Shown piece after piece: positions 44,707-53,922 of a stretch of DNA of 54,732 nucleotides (position 1 is its first letter; every line of letters begins with the position of its first letter). A model generated the notes under the pieces. That model did no database searches. It saw only the letters and a list, made by a program, of their open reading frames with translations, and had not been told where the DNA came from. The stretch comes from Oscillospiraceae bacterium (lineage in GTDB: Bacteria > Bacillota > Clostridia > Oscillospirales > Acutalibacteraceae). The stretch covers positions 1 through 54,732 of the forward strand of contig CACZTQ010000016.1 of NCBI GenBank assembly GCA_902784155.1, given 5' to 3'. The position numbers and the translations under genes were made by a program.

Positions 44707-46014
44707 ATGTTCAGTGATTTAATCGAATTTCTTGACAGTCACAAGGTGCTCATCCTCGGCTTCGGCAGGGAGGGCAGGTCAACCTATGACATAATCCGCA
44801 GGCACCTCCCCGAAAAGGAGATAGGCATCAGCGATATCAAGCAGATTGAGCTCGATGACAAACACGTTACTCTCTACACAGGGAAGGACTATATCAATGA
44901 CAGCATCGGTGAATATGATGTTGTCATAAAGACGCCCGGAGTTTCCCTCGCGGAGTATATTATCCCGAAGGGAGTCATACTGACCTGTCAGACGGACCTT
45001 TTCCTTAAATATTCCGACTGCGTATGCGTTGGCGTCACGGGCACCAAGGGAAAGACGACCGTCGCGACTCTCCTCTATAATATGGCCAAAAGGTCGGGCA
45101 AGAACGCGATTCTCGTGGGCAACGTGAGGCTCCCCGCCCTCGATTCCCTTGAGGATAAGCAGCCCGATGTCGCCATTGTCGAGATGTCGTCGAGGCAGCT
45201 TGAATTCACCACGGCGTCGCCACATATCGCCGTGCTGACAAATATCTATCACGAGCATATAGAGCACCATAACGGCTTCACCGGCTATGTCACGGCGAAG
45301 CTCAATATAGTGCGCCACCAGACGGCGGACGATTATTTCATCTGCAACGCCTCGCAGAGCTATGACGGCTACTGCAGCTTCTCCGAGATACCCTCGACCG
45401 TCATAAAGGTCGCATCCGATATCAACGGATATGAGAGCGTTTATGAGGCAGTTGAGCAGAATGATTACCTTCTCGGGAATCACAATATAAAGAACGCCTT
45501 TCTCGCCGCGGCGGCCGCAAGGCGGCTCGGAATCAGCGAGAAGGATATCTGCGGCGCGATTATGGACTATAAGGGAATTGAGCACCGCCTTGAATTTGTC
45601 GGCGAGTATGAGGGAATCAAGTTTTACAACGACTCCATCGCAACCATCCCGCAGGCGACAATCTGCGCCGTTGAGGCGATAGAGGATGTCGAAACCCTTA
45701 TATTCGGCGGAATGTCCGTCGGAGTCGATCTCGATGATTTTGAGAATTATCTTTTCAAAAAAAAGATTTCGAATCTCATCGGTATCCCCGACACGGGCAG
45801 GCAGATATGCACGAAGCTCGCCAACAGAGGCTACAGCGGCAATATAATCCTCGCCGAGGATATGGATTCCGCCGTGAACAAAGCCTTTGCCCTCACGCCC
45901 AGAGGAAAAAGCTGCCTTATGTCTCCCGCCGCGTCAAGCTATAATGTATATAAAGACTATGAGCATAAGGGCAAGCATTTCAAAAATCTGGTAAAGAATC
46001 ACGTTTCAAGTTAA
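44707..46014 (+). CDS. murD: MurD-family UDP-MurNAc-L-Ala--glutamate ligase, MurD2-like and divergent
   Basis: ILGFGREG, KTPGV, GVTGTKGKTT, EMSS, HRLE, FYNDSIATIP, SPAASSY. Confidence 0.8.
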   Translation: MFSDLIEFLDSHKVLILGFGREGRSTYDIIRRHLPEKEIGISDIKQIELDDKHVTLYTGKDYINDSIGEYDVVIKTPGVSLAEYIIPKGVILTCQTDLFLKYSDCVCVGVTGTKGKTTVATLLYNMAKRSGKNAILVGNVRLPALDSLEDKQPDVAIVEMSSRQLEFTTASPHIAVLTNIYHEHIEHHNGFTGYVTAKLNIVRHQTADDYFICNASQSYDGYCSFSEIPSTVIKVASDINGYESVYEAVEQNDYLLGNHNIKNAFLAAAAARRLGISEKDICGAIMDYKGIEHRLEFVGEYEGIKFYNDSIATIPQATICAVEAIEDVETLIFGGMSVGVDLDDFENYLFKKKISNLIGIPDTGRQICTKLANRGYSGNIILAEDMDSAVNKAFALTPRGKSCLMSPAASSYNVYKDYEHKGKHFKNLVKNHVSS

Positions 46015-46023
46015 AGCTCATAT

Positions 46024-46060
46024 AAAAAAGAACGCCGTGCGGCAGCCGCCGCACGGCGTT
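46024..46060. terminator. Terminator between convergent murD and ABC genes
   Basis: 13-bp perfect inverted repeat AACGCCGTGCGGC/GCCGCACGGCGTT; the A-run at 46024-46029 gives a U-tract on the minus strand. Confidence 0.8.
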
Positions 46061-46082
46061 GAATATTATTATCCGAAGCCCG

Positions 46083-48221
46083 TCAGTGAAGTTTCGCGGT
46101 CTGACGCTGCGCCATAACGAGCGAAGCGTAAATTCCGCCCTTTTTCATCAGCTCGTTATGAGTCCCGACCTCTGCTATTCTGCCCTTTTCTATGACGACA
46201 AGGCGGTCGGCGTTTCTCAGAGTGGAGAGACGGTGTGCTATCGCGAAGGTGGTCCTGCCCTTCACAAGCCGCGCGAGAGCGTCCTGAATGGCCTCTTCCG
46301 TTTCGGGGTCGAGGGCGCTTGTCGCTTCGTCGAGAATCAGTATTTCGGGATTCCTGAGCACGGCTCTCGCTATCGAGATTCTCTGCCTCTCTCCGCCCGA
46401 GAGAGTGTGGCCGTCCTCGCCGATTACGGTGTTGTAGCCGTCGCTGAGATCGATTATGAAATCGTGCGCGTTTGCGGCCTTTGCGGCGGCAATGACCTCG
46501 GCGGGTGTCGCTCCCGGCCTTGCGTAGGCTATATTGTCATAGACGGTCCCGGCAAAGAGGAATGTCTCCTGGAATACGACGCCCACCTTGGAGTGGTAGT
46601 CCGTCAGTGAAATATCCTTTATGTCGGTGCCTTTTATTTTAATGCTGCCGCTGTCGGTATCATACAGGCGGAGCACAAGATTGATAAAGGTGCTCTTTCC
46701 AGCTCCGGAGTGACCGACAAGGCCTATCATTTCGCCCTGATTCACGGTCAGGTTTATATCCCTGAGCACGGGCTCATAGGCCTTGTATCCGAACTGGACA
46801 TTCTCAAAGGCCATATCGCCGTCAAGCCTTGCGGGCAGGGGATTCTCCGCGTCGTTGACATCGTGCTTCTCGTCTATGATTTCATATATTTTTATAAGGC
46901 TCGTCGATACCTCGCCCAGGCGTCTGGGCAGGGTTGACATCCATCTGAGGGGCTCATAAATATAAGCGAGATAAAGGTTGAAGGCAAGCAGCTCGCCTAT
47001 GGAGATGCTGCCCGTGAGCACCTGCCTGCCGCCGAAATAAATCACGAAGAATTCGCCTATTCCCATAAAGAAGAACAGCAGCGGGAATGTCAGCGCCCAG
47101 AGATGCTCGTTGCTCGTCTGAATATCAGCAACCTTCTTTGAGGCGTCGGCGAATTTTTCGATTTCGCGTTTTTCACTGCCGAAGGTCTTGACCACGCGGA
47201 TTCCCTTGACTATATCGTGAAGAATCGAGGTCGCCCTTGATTCTCTTCTCCACTGCTTTTCGTATCTGGACTTTATAACCACCCAGAATTTCGTCATCGC
47301 CCAAAGCACTGCGGGGATAGGAAGCAGCACCACAACCGTCAGGGACGGGCTGATGCTCAGCAGAATCGCGAGAATGACCGCAAACATAACGGCTCTCGAT
47401 ATCAGATACATGCCCTGCTCGGTTATAAACTGCTTGATTTTTTCGGTGTCGCTGAGGATTCTCGTCTGAAGGTCGCCAGAGGTCCTGCCCGACATCGACG
47501 AGGCCGAAAGAGTCTGCATTTTATCATAGACCAGCGTTCTCAGGTCATCTGAAATCCTGCCGCCGATAACATTCGCCCTGCGGTTGCTGATAATATTAAA
47601 GACATTTGAGAGTATCTGCGCGAGGCCCATAAGCGCGGCGATTGTTATTACGCCCTTTATCACGGTATCGCGGGGAATGCCCGAGGCGTTGAGATAATCG
47701 TCAACGAGCTTCTGATTGAAAACGGGGAGAAGGGCCGAGCAGATTGATGAGAGGATAATAAAGAGACCCGAAACGGTCAGAGAGGGGAGATAGGGCTTCG
47801 AGAGGGCAAAGAGCTTCTTGATAAGATATGTCTTTTTCGCACAGAAAAGGCAGGTCGTCATTCCCTTCGCGTAGTGCCTGCCGCAATGCGGGCAGATTCT
47901 GAAGCCGGTTTTGTTTATTTCACGGTGCTCACCGGTCCTGACAAAGTAATTGACCACCTTGCAGAATTCTCCGATTTCCTCAACGCGCGTCATCGAGTAG
48001 CGGCAGACCGTTATGCTCTCGGCCGGGTCTCCTTCGGAGCCCCCGGGCATAATCTCAAGCTCGCCGCAGCCGACATAGGTGCGCATAACCAGCTCTCCCG
48101 CCTCGTGGCGGAAAAGCTCGCTGCCTTCTGCTTTCGCAGTTATGAATCTGCCGTCAAAGGCGAGAATACCGTCGCAGTATTCCCCTTTGCCGTTCATGTC
48201 AAACGCGACTTCGGTTACCAT
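46083..48221 (-). CDS. ABC exporter (TMD+NBD) with N-terminal extension and Cys4 zinc ribbon
   Basis: CPHC...CLFC; TM domain; GHSGAGKST, LSGGERQR, ILDEATSALD, AHRLST. Confidence 0.9.
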   Translation of the reverse strand: MVTEVAFDMNGKGEYCDGILAFDGRFITAKAEGSELFRHEAGELVMRTYVGCGELEIMPGGSEGDPAESITVCRYSMTRVEEIGEFCKVVNYFVRTGEHREINKTGFRICPHCGRHYAKGMTTCLFCAKKTYLIKKLFALSKPYLPSLTVSGLFIILSSICSALLPVFNQKLVDDYLNASGIPRDTVIKGVITIAALMGLAQILSNVFNIISNRRANVIGGRISDDLRTLVYDKMQTLSASSMSGRTSGDLQTRILSDTEKIKQFITEQGMYLISRAVMFAVILAILLSISPSLTVVVLLPIPAVLWAMTKFWVVIKSRYEKQWRRESRATSILHDIVKGIRVVKTFGSEKREIEKFADASKKVADIQTSNEHLWALTFPLLFFFMGIGEFFVIYFGGRQVLTGSISIGELLAFNLYLAYIYEPLRWMSTLPRRLGEVSTSLIKIYEIIDEKHDVNDAENPLPARLDGDMAFENVQFGYKAYEPVLRDINLTVNQGEMIGLVGHSGAGKSTFINLVLRLYDTDSGSIKIKGTDIKDISLTDYHSKVGVVFQETFLFAGTVYDNIAYARPGATPAEVIAAAKAANAHDFIIDLSDGYNTVIGEDGHTLSGGERQRISIARAVLRNPEILILDEATSALDPETEEAIQDALARLVKGRTTFAIAHRLSTLRNADRLVVIEKGRIAEVGTHNELMKKGGIYASLVMAQRQTAKLH

Positions 48222-48231
48222 ATTGCTCCAA

Positions 48232-48753
48232 TCAATAAATATAAGGGTCGAGGTTTCGTCTGCTCTTTCCGGATATCTGACTGTAATCGGGGATATTGTA
48301 TCTGTTTCCGTCTATATCGATTATATCGAATCCGCTGCCGTGATAGCGGATATTCTTTGAGATATTCTTTACGGTGAAATTCTTTTTGCGCTCGCCTATC
48401 ATCACGTCAAAATAAAAATTGCCGAATTTTTCCCTGACCGATTTTATCTCTGTGATGACCGGGCAGAAATAGCGCTTTGACAGCTCGCTCTCTATCATTT
48501 CGCGCTGCTCCGGCGGAAAATCCGAGAGCTTCTCGATGATGCCGAGCTCGTTCTTTTCGACATCGCTGATGCAGATATACTCATCGGGGCGGGTGAGGGG
48601 AAGGGCTCTCATGAGAATAACGCGCCTGTATTCCGTGCCGTTTATCCTCGCGCCGAGAAATCCGGAACTGCCCGTGAAGAACTCGCACTGCGCGGGGGAA
48701 ACATATTCTGTTCTGAGAGCGTCGGGAGAAATTGTCTGCATATTGTCACTCAT
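48232..48753 (-). CDS. DUF1854-family protein
   Basis: RALPLT.PDEYI, ELGII, EL.KRYF.P.I, DIDGNRY.I.D...I...SRR pattern; sits between two ABC genes. Confidence 0.8.
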   Translation of the reverse strand: MSDNMQTISPDALRTEYVSPAQCEFFTGSSGFLGARINGTEYRRVILMRALPLTRPDEYICISDVEKNELGIIEKLSDFPPEQREMIESELSKRYFCPVITEIKSVREKFGNFYFDVMIGERKKNFTVKNISKNIRYHGSGFDIIDIDGNRYNIPDYSQISGKSRRNLDPYIY

Positions 48754-51112
48754 GATGTGTCTCCTCCTGTGAATCTTCTCCGGTTTCTTCGCCGTCTCCG
48801 CCGATGCCGATGGTTTTGAGCGCTTCGGACTGAATCTTGTAGAGGCGGAAGAATTCGCCTTTGAGCCGCATGAGCTCCTGATAGGTGCCGTATTCTACTA
48901 TGGTGCCCTCGCTGATGACCGCGAGATAGTCGCTGTCTCTGAGAGTCGATAATCTGTGGGCTATCGCTATAGTTGTCCTGCCCTTTGAGAGGGACGAGAG
49001 AGAGCGCTGGATATTGCGCTCGGTTTCGGTATCCATCGCCGCGGTCGCCTCGTCGAGAATCAGTATTTTGGGATTCTGTATTATTGTCCTGGCGATTGAT
49101 ATTCTCTGCTTCTCTCCTCCCGAGAGGGACTGCCCGCCCGCGCCGACTCTTGTTTCATAGCCGTCGGGGAGCTTCATTATGAAATCGTGCGCGCAGGCCG
49201 CCTTCGCCGCGGCTATGACCTCGTCCATAGAGGCGCCGGGCTTAGCGTATCTGATGTTGTCGGCTATCGAGCCGATAAAGAGGTAAATATCCTGCGAGAC
49301 GAGACCGATATTCTTGCGAAGCTCGCCGAGCTTCAGATCCCTGACATCGATTCCGTCTATTTTTATGCTGCCTTCTTTTGCGTCATAGAGGCGGGCGATA
49401 AGGTTTGCGATTGTCGTCTTTCCCGCGCCCGTTTTTCCGACTATACCGAGCATCGTGCCCGCTTCGACGTGAAGATTCATTTTGGTGATGACGGGCTTCG
49501 CCGGCTCATACTCAAACTCGAGCTCGCTTATTTCAATGCTTCCGCGCAGGTTTTCAAAGCCGACGGCGTCTTCCTTCTCGGTGATTTCGGGTATCGCGTC
49601 CGCTATTTCAAAGACGCGCTGCGCCGAATCCGAGCACCTTGCCCACCAGTTTGAAATCCACGAGAGGAAGCCGAAGGGCTCCTTGAGCATATTGACATAG
49701 ACGATGAAACTCAGCAGGGTACCGGTCGTCATATTGTTTTCGCCCTTCGCGACCATTACTCCGCCGACTCCGAGCACGATGGTGGTGATGAGCAGGGCGA
49801 CTATGTCGAGCAGGGGGAAGAGCGTCGCCTCCGAGAGGCCGACCTTGATTTCGGCGCTCATCACATCGCGCGAAAGCTCGCCGAAATGCTCGGATTCATC
49901 CTCTTCCTTGGCGAAGGCCTTGATTATCCTCTGGCCGTTGATGTTGTCGCTGACCAGCGACCTTGCGCGGGAGCGGGTAACCCAGACCCTGTGATGAAGC
50001 CGTCTGAAAAATTTGTTGCCCGCGATGAGCGTAAACAAAAGGACGGGAGTTGTGCCGAGTGCTATTAAGCTGAGCTTCGGGCTCATCATGAACATAACGA
50101 TAAGAACGCCTATAAGCGTTGTGCCGTCAAGTATCAGCCTCGGTATTCCGTCGGTGAAGAACCAGTAGATATTGGTGGCGTCTCTCGTGACTCTGTCCAT
50201 AAGCGAGCCGGTCTGCTTTGAGGAATAGAATCCGATTGAAAGCCGCTGCATCGCCTCAAAGATTTTAACCTTGAGGCTGTACATCACGCGCGGCAGGATT
50301 GACGCCGACATATAGTCGTGAATCATTGTGAGCAAAACCTTCAGAAGCCTTATGCCGACTACGGTCAGCACAAGCACTCCGAGAGCCTTGAGACTCTCCG
50401 CGAGCACGGTGTCTCCGGCGTTCGCGAGCACATCGTCGTAGAGCGCCCTTGTGCTCAGCTGGGGTACAAGCACGTTGGTCGCGGAATTCAGAATCATAAA
50501 GAAGAGAATAACCGCAATCTGCGGAACATAGCCGCCGAAGAACTTTATGAGCCTTGTCGCCGTGCCTTTGTTTTTATCGTGTTTACGGCAGAAATCCTTG
50601 CCGGGAGGGCAGGGGGCGCCGCATTTTTTGCATTTGTTTTCGTCCCCGGCGCCGTCATCCGGGAGCTTCACTTCGCCCGTTTCTTTATATGTATTGAATA
50701 CTCTCGCGAATTTGTCGAATTCTCCCGCGAGGCCCGGTGAAAAATAAGTCAGCGGGGAGGTTTCTTCTCCGCAGGACATAATAAGCCGCCCCGTGGAGGT
50801 GTATCTCTCTATGGAGAGAGAATCCGCTTCCTCCGCAGGAACGGCGATGATTTTATCTACGGTTATTTCCGGGTCGGGCGGGACGTGCCCGTGTTTCGGC
50901 TTGACCGTTTTTTCACGGCAGAAGGCAAGATACAGTCCCTTTTCGTCAAAGAACAGCCTGGTATCCTTGTAGCAGGCTTCGGAGTCCATATCTCCCTTGA
51001 TGGAAAACAGGGCTCCGCCGGCGTCAAGGCCTTTTTCCCCGAGCGCCTTGACGACATAGCCGGGGAGAGTATTCTTTCCTTTTTCCGGTTTTTCGGGCGG
51101 TCTTTTTTTCAT
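48746..51112 (-). CDS. ABC exporter (TMD+NBD) with N-terminal extension and CxxC...CxxH zinc ribbon
   Basis: Start MKKRPP 51112; CKKC...CRKH; GKTGAGKTT, LSGGEKQR, ILDEATAAMD, AHRLST. Confidence 0.9.
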   Translation of the reverse strand: MKKRPPEKPEKGKNTLPGYVVKALGEKGLDAGGALFSIKGDMDSEACYKDTRLFFDEKGLYLAFCREKTVKPKHGHVPPDPEITVDKIIAVPAEEADSLSIERYTSTGRLIMSCGEETSPLTYFSPGLAGEFDKFARVFNTYKETGEVKLPDDGAGDENKCKKCGAPCPPGKDFCRKHDKNKGTATRLIKFFGGYVPQIAVILFFMILNSATNVLVPQLSTRALYDDVLANAGDTVLAESLKALGVLVLTVVGIRLLKVLLTMIHDYMSASILPRVMYSLKVKIFEAMQRLSIGFYSSKQTGSLMDRVTRDATNIYWFFTDGIPRLILDGTTLIGVLIVMFMMSPKLSLIALGTTPVLLFTLIAGNKFFRRLHHRVWVTRSRARSLVSDNINGQRIIKAFAKEEDESEHFGELSRDVMSAEIKVGLSEATLFPLLDIVALLITTIVLGVGGVMVAKGENNMTTGTLLSFIVYVNMLKEPFGFLSWISNWWARCSDSAQRVFEIADAIPEITEKEDAVGFENLRGSIEISELEFEYEPAKPVITKMNLHVEAGTMLGIVGKTGAGKTTIANLIARLYDAKEGSIKIDGIDVRDLKLGELRKNIGLVSQDIYLFIGSIADNIRYAKPGASMDEVIAAAKAACAHDFIMKLPDGYETRVGAGGQSLSGGEKQRISIARTIIQNPKILILDEATAAMDTETERNIQRSLSSLSKGRTTIAIAHRLSTLRDSDYLAVISEGTIVEYGTYQELMRLKGEFFRLYKIQSEALKTIGIGGDGEETGEDSQEETHHE

Positions 51113-51116
51113 AGTT

Positions 51117-53168
51117 TCAGAGTATGTTCCTGTAATACAGGCCCCTTGTGTATTCATAGCCGGGTGCTCTCTCGCCGAGATAATCCCCGATTATGAATTC
51201 CGCTTCATTTTTATTTTCCGTTGTGAAATATATCAGATCATAATCCGTATTCCGTATGTCTCCGGGCTTGTCGGTCATACACAGCGGAACGGAATTGAAT
51301 ATATAACTGAACCCGTCTGAGCAGCGCACAGGGAATTTCTTCCCGAGACGGTCCTCGAGATAACTCTGCCTTCCGCAGGCGGAGCAGGTGATTTTGTTTC
51401 TGACTGGGCAGTTTCTCGTTACCATAAGAGGCAGGCGGCCGTAAACGACGGCTCCGCGCGGGATTTCACCGCCGAGAGCGGCTATATCCGGGAGCTTGAG
51501 CTCGGCGGAAACAAGGCAGTCCCTTGCGCCCGCGTCCCGCATCACTCCGAGAGAAACGCTGTTTAAGATATTCATGCCGAATCCCGTCGCAAACGGCATT
51601 CCGAGACTTTTCGCGATGCCTATGCCGTCGATGTTGCCGGCAACGGCGAGATTAACTCCGAGCGAGCGGAGTCTTTTTAATTCTTCAATATATTTATCCG
51701 CCGAAGAGAAAACGTGCACGGGTATTTCCGCGGCGACCTCTCCGCAGTCTCTGAGCAGGGATTTTACGATGCTTGCGGGCGTATTGAGCGGGATGATGAC
51801 TCTGTCCGCCTTCACGCCTTCGGGGATTTCGTTATAATCAAAAAATCTTATGTGAAGCTTTCTCTTTTCCGCCGCCCTGTGAGGAGCGAAGGATAAATCG
51901 CAATCGTATATATTATAAGGTTCGCGCGCGATCAGGGCCTCTTCAAGCGCCGCGAGCGCGTCTCTTCTCAGAGAATTCAGCGCCGAAGCGGACATATAGA
52001 GACCGGGAGCGATTTCACATTCAACGCTCTCCGCGTAAAATTGTGTGCCGCCGCATTTTGACAGACGCGATACGGCTTCACCGTCCGTCAGCTCCCTGTT
52101 TACCGCCTTTGACGGCATTTCGCCGCCGCGGATTTCCGCTATATATTCCTTATATTCCGCGCGGAGCAGGGGATATTCCCCTTCTCTGAGCGTGAAAAAC
52201 ATTCTGACGGGGAGTAGCGGTTTTTCGCTGTCGTAGAGATGAGAGAGAGTTCCGAGCACTGCGCCCGAATCGAGGACATTCTCCTTCGTCCTGATTCCGA
52301 ACATATCCTTTGACAGCTTTGAATCATAGTAGCCGCGCGTGAATCCCGAGCGGGAAAACACCGAGCCGAGAGCGTCCGTGACAGATTTGTCGGGAGTCCC
52401 CGAAAGCCTGTTTCTGCAGGCGGTTACCGCCGCGGCAACATATTCGGGCCTCTTCATCCGCCCCTCTATTTTGAAAGAAATCACGCCTGCGCGGGCGAGC
52501 TCATCAAGCGAATCTATGAGCGAGAGATCCTTTAAACTCAGGTTGTTTCCGCCCCTGCCGTTCACGCCGAAAGGCAGCCTGCACGGCTGGGCGCAAAGCC
52601 CTCTGTTTCCGCTTCTGCCCCCTAAAACGCTGCTCATAAGGCACTGCCCCGAAAGGCACATGCAGAGAGCTCCGTGGACGAAGCACTCGAGCTCGATATC
52701 CGTATTCGCGGATATATTCTCAATCTCTTCGCGGGAGGCCTCGCGCGGAATGACGGTGCGAGAGAATCCCGATTCGGCGAGCAGATTTATGCCGAAGGGG
52801 CTGTTGACGGTCATCTGGGTTGAGGCGTGAAGCGGAATATCCGGGCATATTTTCTTTATCAGACGGGCAATTCCCGTATCCTGGACTATTATGCCGTCCG
52901 CGCCCGCCTCACACACGCGCTTTATCTCTTCGCAGGCGCTCCCGAGCTCCCTGTCGGTCACGAGGGTGTTGAGAGTTATATATACCTTCACGTCGGCGCC
53001 GTGGCAGTAACGGATGACATCCGCTATTTCATCGCCGCCGAAGTTTGAGGCATTGCGCCTCGCGTTGAAAGACTTTCCGCCGATATAAACGGCATCCGCT
53101 CCGCACCTGACGGCCGCTTCAACGCTGTCGGGACCGCCGGCGGGAGCGAGAATTTCGGGTTTGATCAT
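51117..53168 (-). CDS. U32-family protein, long form (RlhA-like, probable RNA hydroxylase)
   Basis: PEILAPAG, GADAVYIG, LHASTQM, FVHGALCMCLSGQC, SGNRGLCAQPCR, FKIEGRMK; long C-terminal extension. Confidence 0.88.
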   Translation of the reverse strand: MIKPEILAPAGGPDSVEAAVRCGADAVYIGGKSFNARRNASNFGGDEIADVIRYCHGADVKVYITLNTLVTDRELGSACEEIKRVCEAGADGIIVQDTGIARLIKKICPDIPLHASTQMTVNSPFGINLLAESGFSRTVIPREASREEIENISANTDIELECFVHGALCMCLSGQCLMSSVLGGRSGNRGLCAQPCRLPFGVNGRGGNNLSLKDLSLIDSLDELARAGVISFKIEGRMKRPEYVAAAVTACRNRLSGTPDKSVTDALGSVFSRSGFTRGYYDSKLSKDMFGIRTKENVLDSGAVLGTLSHLYDSEKPLLPVRMFFTLREGEYPLLRAEYKEYIAEIRGGEMPSKAVNRELTDGEAVSRLSKCGGTQFYAESVECEIAPGLYMSASALNSLRRDALAALEEALIAREPYNIYDCDLSFAPHRAAEKRKLHIRFFDYNEIPEGVKADRVIIPLNTPASIVKSLLRDCGEVAAEIPVHVFSSADKYIEELKRLRSLGVNLAVAGNIDGIGIAKSLGMPFATGFGMNILNSVSLGVMRDAGARDCLVSAELKLPDIAALGGEIPRGAVVYGRLPLMVTRNCPVRNKITCSACGRQSYLEDRLGKKFPVRCSDGFSYIFNSVPLCMTDKPGDIRNTDYDLIYFTTENKNEAEFIIGDYLGERAPGYEYTRGLYYRNIL

Positions 53169-53500
53169 TTCGGTTTTTTGAGAGCCGCTATTTCCTTCTG
53201 AAGCCGCTCGTTTTCGCGCCTTGCGATCTCCGCGTCGGTCCTCGACCTGGCCGCATCCTCAAGGTAGGATTTTATCTGGCTTCTGAGGTTCTCGCAGGTT
53301 GCCTCGGATTTTTTGAATCTGTCGGCAAAGTCAAGCGCGGTAAGGGTTGCGGCCTGGGTTATGGATATCCTGCCGCTGCTCTGAAGGATTTCTCTGATTT
53401 TTTCATCAACCTCGCCGGCAACGCCGGTCATATACTCAACGTCGTCATCGGTTGAAATGGCGTAGCTCTCGCCGGCTATGCTGAGTTTTAATTTTTCCAT
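53165..53500 (-). CDS. zapA: Cell division protein ZapA
   Basis: L.IAGESY.I..DD...YM..VA.EVD.KI, ATLTALD, C-terminal coiled coil; GAGGTG RBS. Confidence 0.85.
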   Translation of the reverse strand: MEKLKLSIAGESYAISTDDDVEYMTGVAGEVDEKIREILQSSGRISITQAATLTALDFADRFKKSEATCENLRSQIKSYLEDAARSRTDAEIARRENERLQKEIAALKKPK

Positions 53501-53663
53501 CGCTGCACCTCATAGAGTAAAAATGATGAGACATTATAATTATACATACAATCCGGTGAAAAAGTAAATAGTTTTTTTCAAATATTCATCAGACCGTTTT
53601 GCCCCGCGCCGGATATACGGGAGCGTTTTTTCAAAAAAAGTCCGGATTTTTGAAAAAAAGGTA

Positions 53664-53692
53664 TTGACATTGCAGCAAGCGGCGGATATAAT
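53664..53692 (+). promoter_or_regulatory. Perfect-consensus sigma-A promoter with no downstream CDS
   Basis: TTGACA-17 nt-TATAAT preceded by an A-rich tract. Confidence 0.8.
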
Positions 53693-53698
53693 AAGGTT

Positions 53699-53798
53699 GC
53701 GTAATATCCAGCTAATATTATGCATCTGCAATTTGTGAGCAACAATTACAGAGCCATCCGATAAAAGACGGAGAATGTGAGTTCTCCGTCTTTTATCG
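53699..53798 (+). ncRNA. Candidate ~100-nt small RNA (three hairpins)
   Basis: Bounded by the consensus promoter and a strong terminator; stems 53698-53724, 53725-53752, 53759-53798; no RBS-backed ORF. Confidence 0.55.
53759..53798. terminator. Bidirectional terminator
   Basis: 17-bp perfect inverted repeat CGATAAAAGACGGAGAA/TTCTCCGTCTTTTATCG. Confidence 0.85.
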
Positions 53799-53922
53799 TC
53801 TGTTAATATTCTAAATCAGAAAAATACAGCCATCCGTGCCGGGATGATTCCCGGCGCTGAAATCGGGGTCTGAGTGCAGGCGCGGCCCGTCGGACACGGG
53901 ATGCGTCAAGCGGGATAAACGC

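Noticed and set aside
53540-53731. 63-aa minus-strand ORF
   Set aside because: Runs across two promoters in AT-rich DNA with no RBS; likely spurious
53720-53764. 14-codon ORF MHLQFVSNNYRAIR inside the candidate sRNA
   Set aside because: No Shine-Dalgarno and its ATG is buried in the first stem; cannot be fully excluded without ribosome profiling
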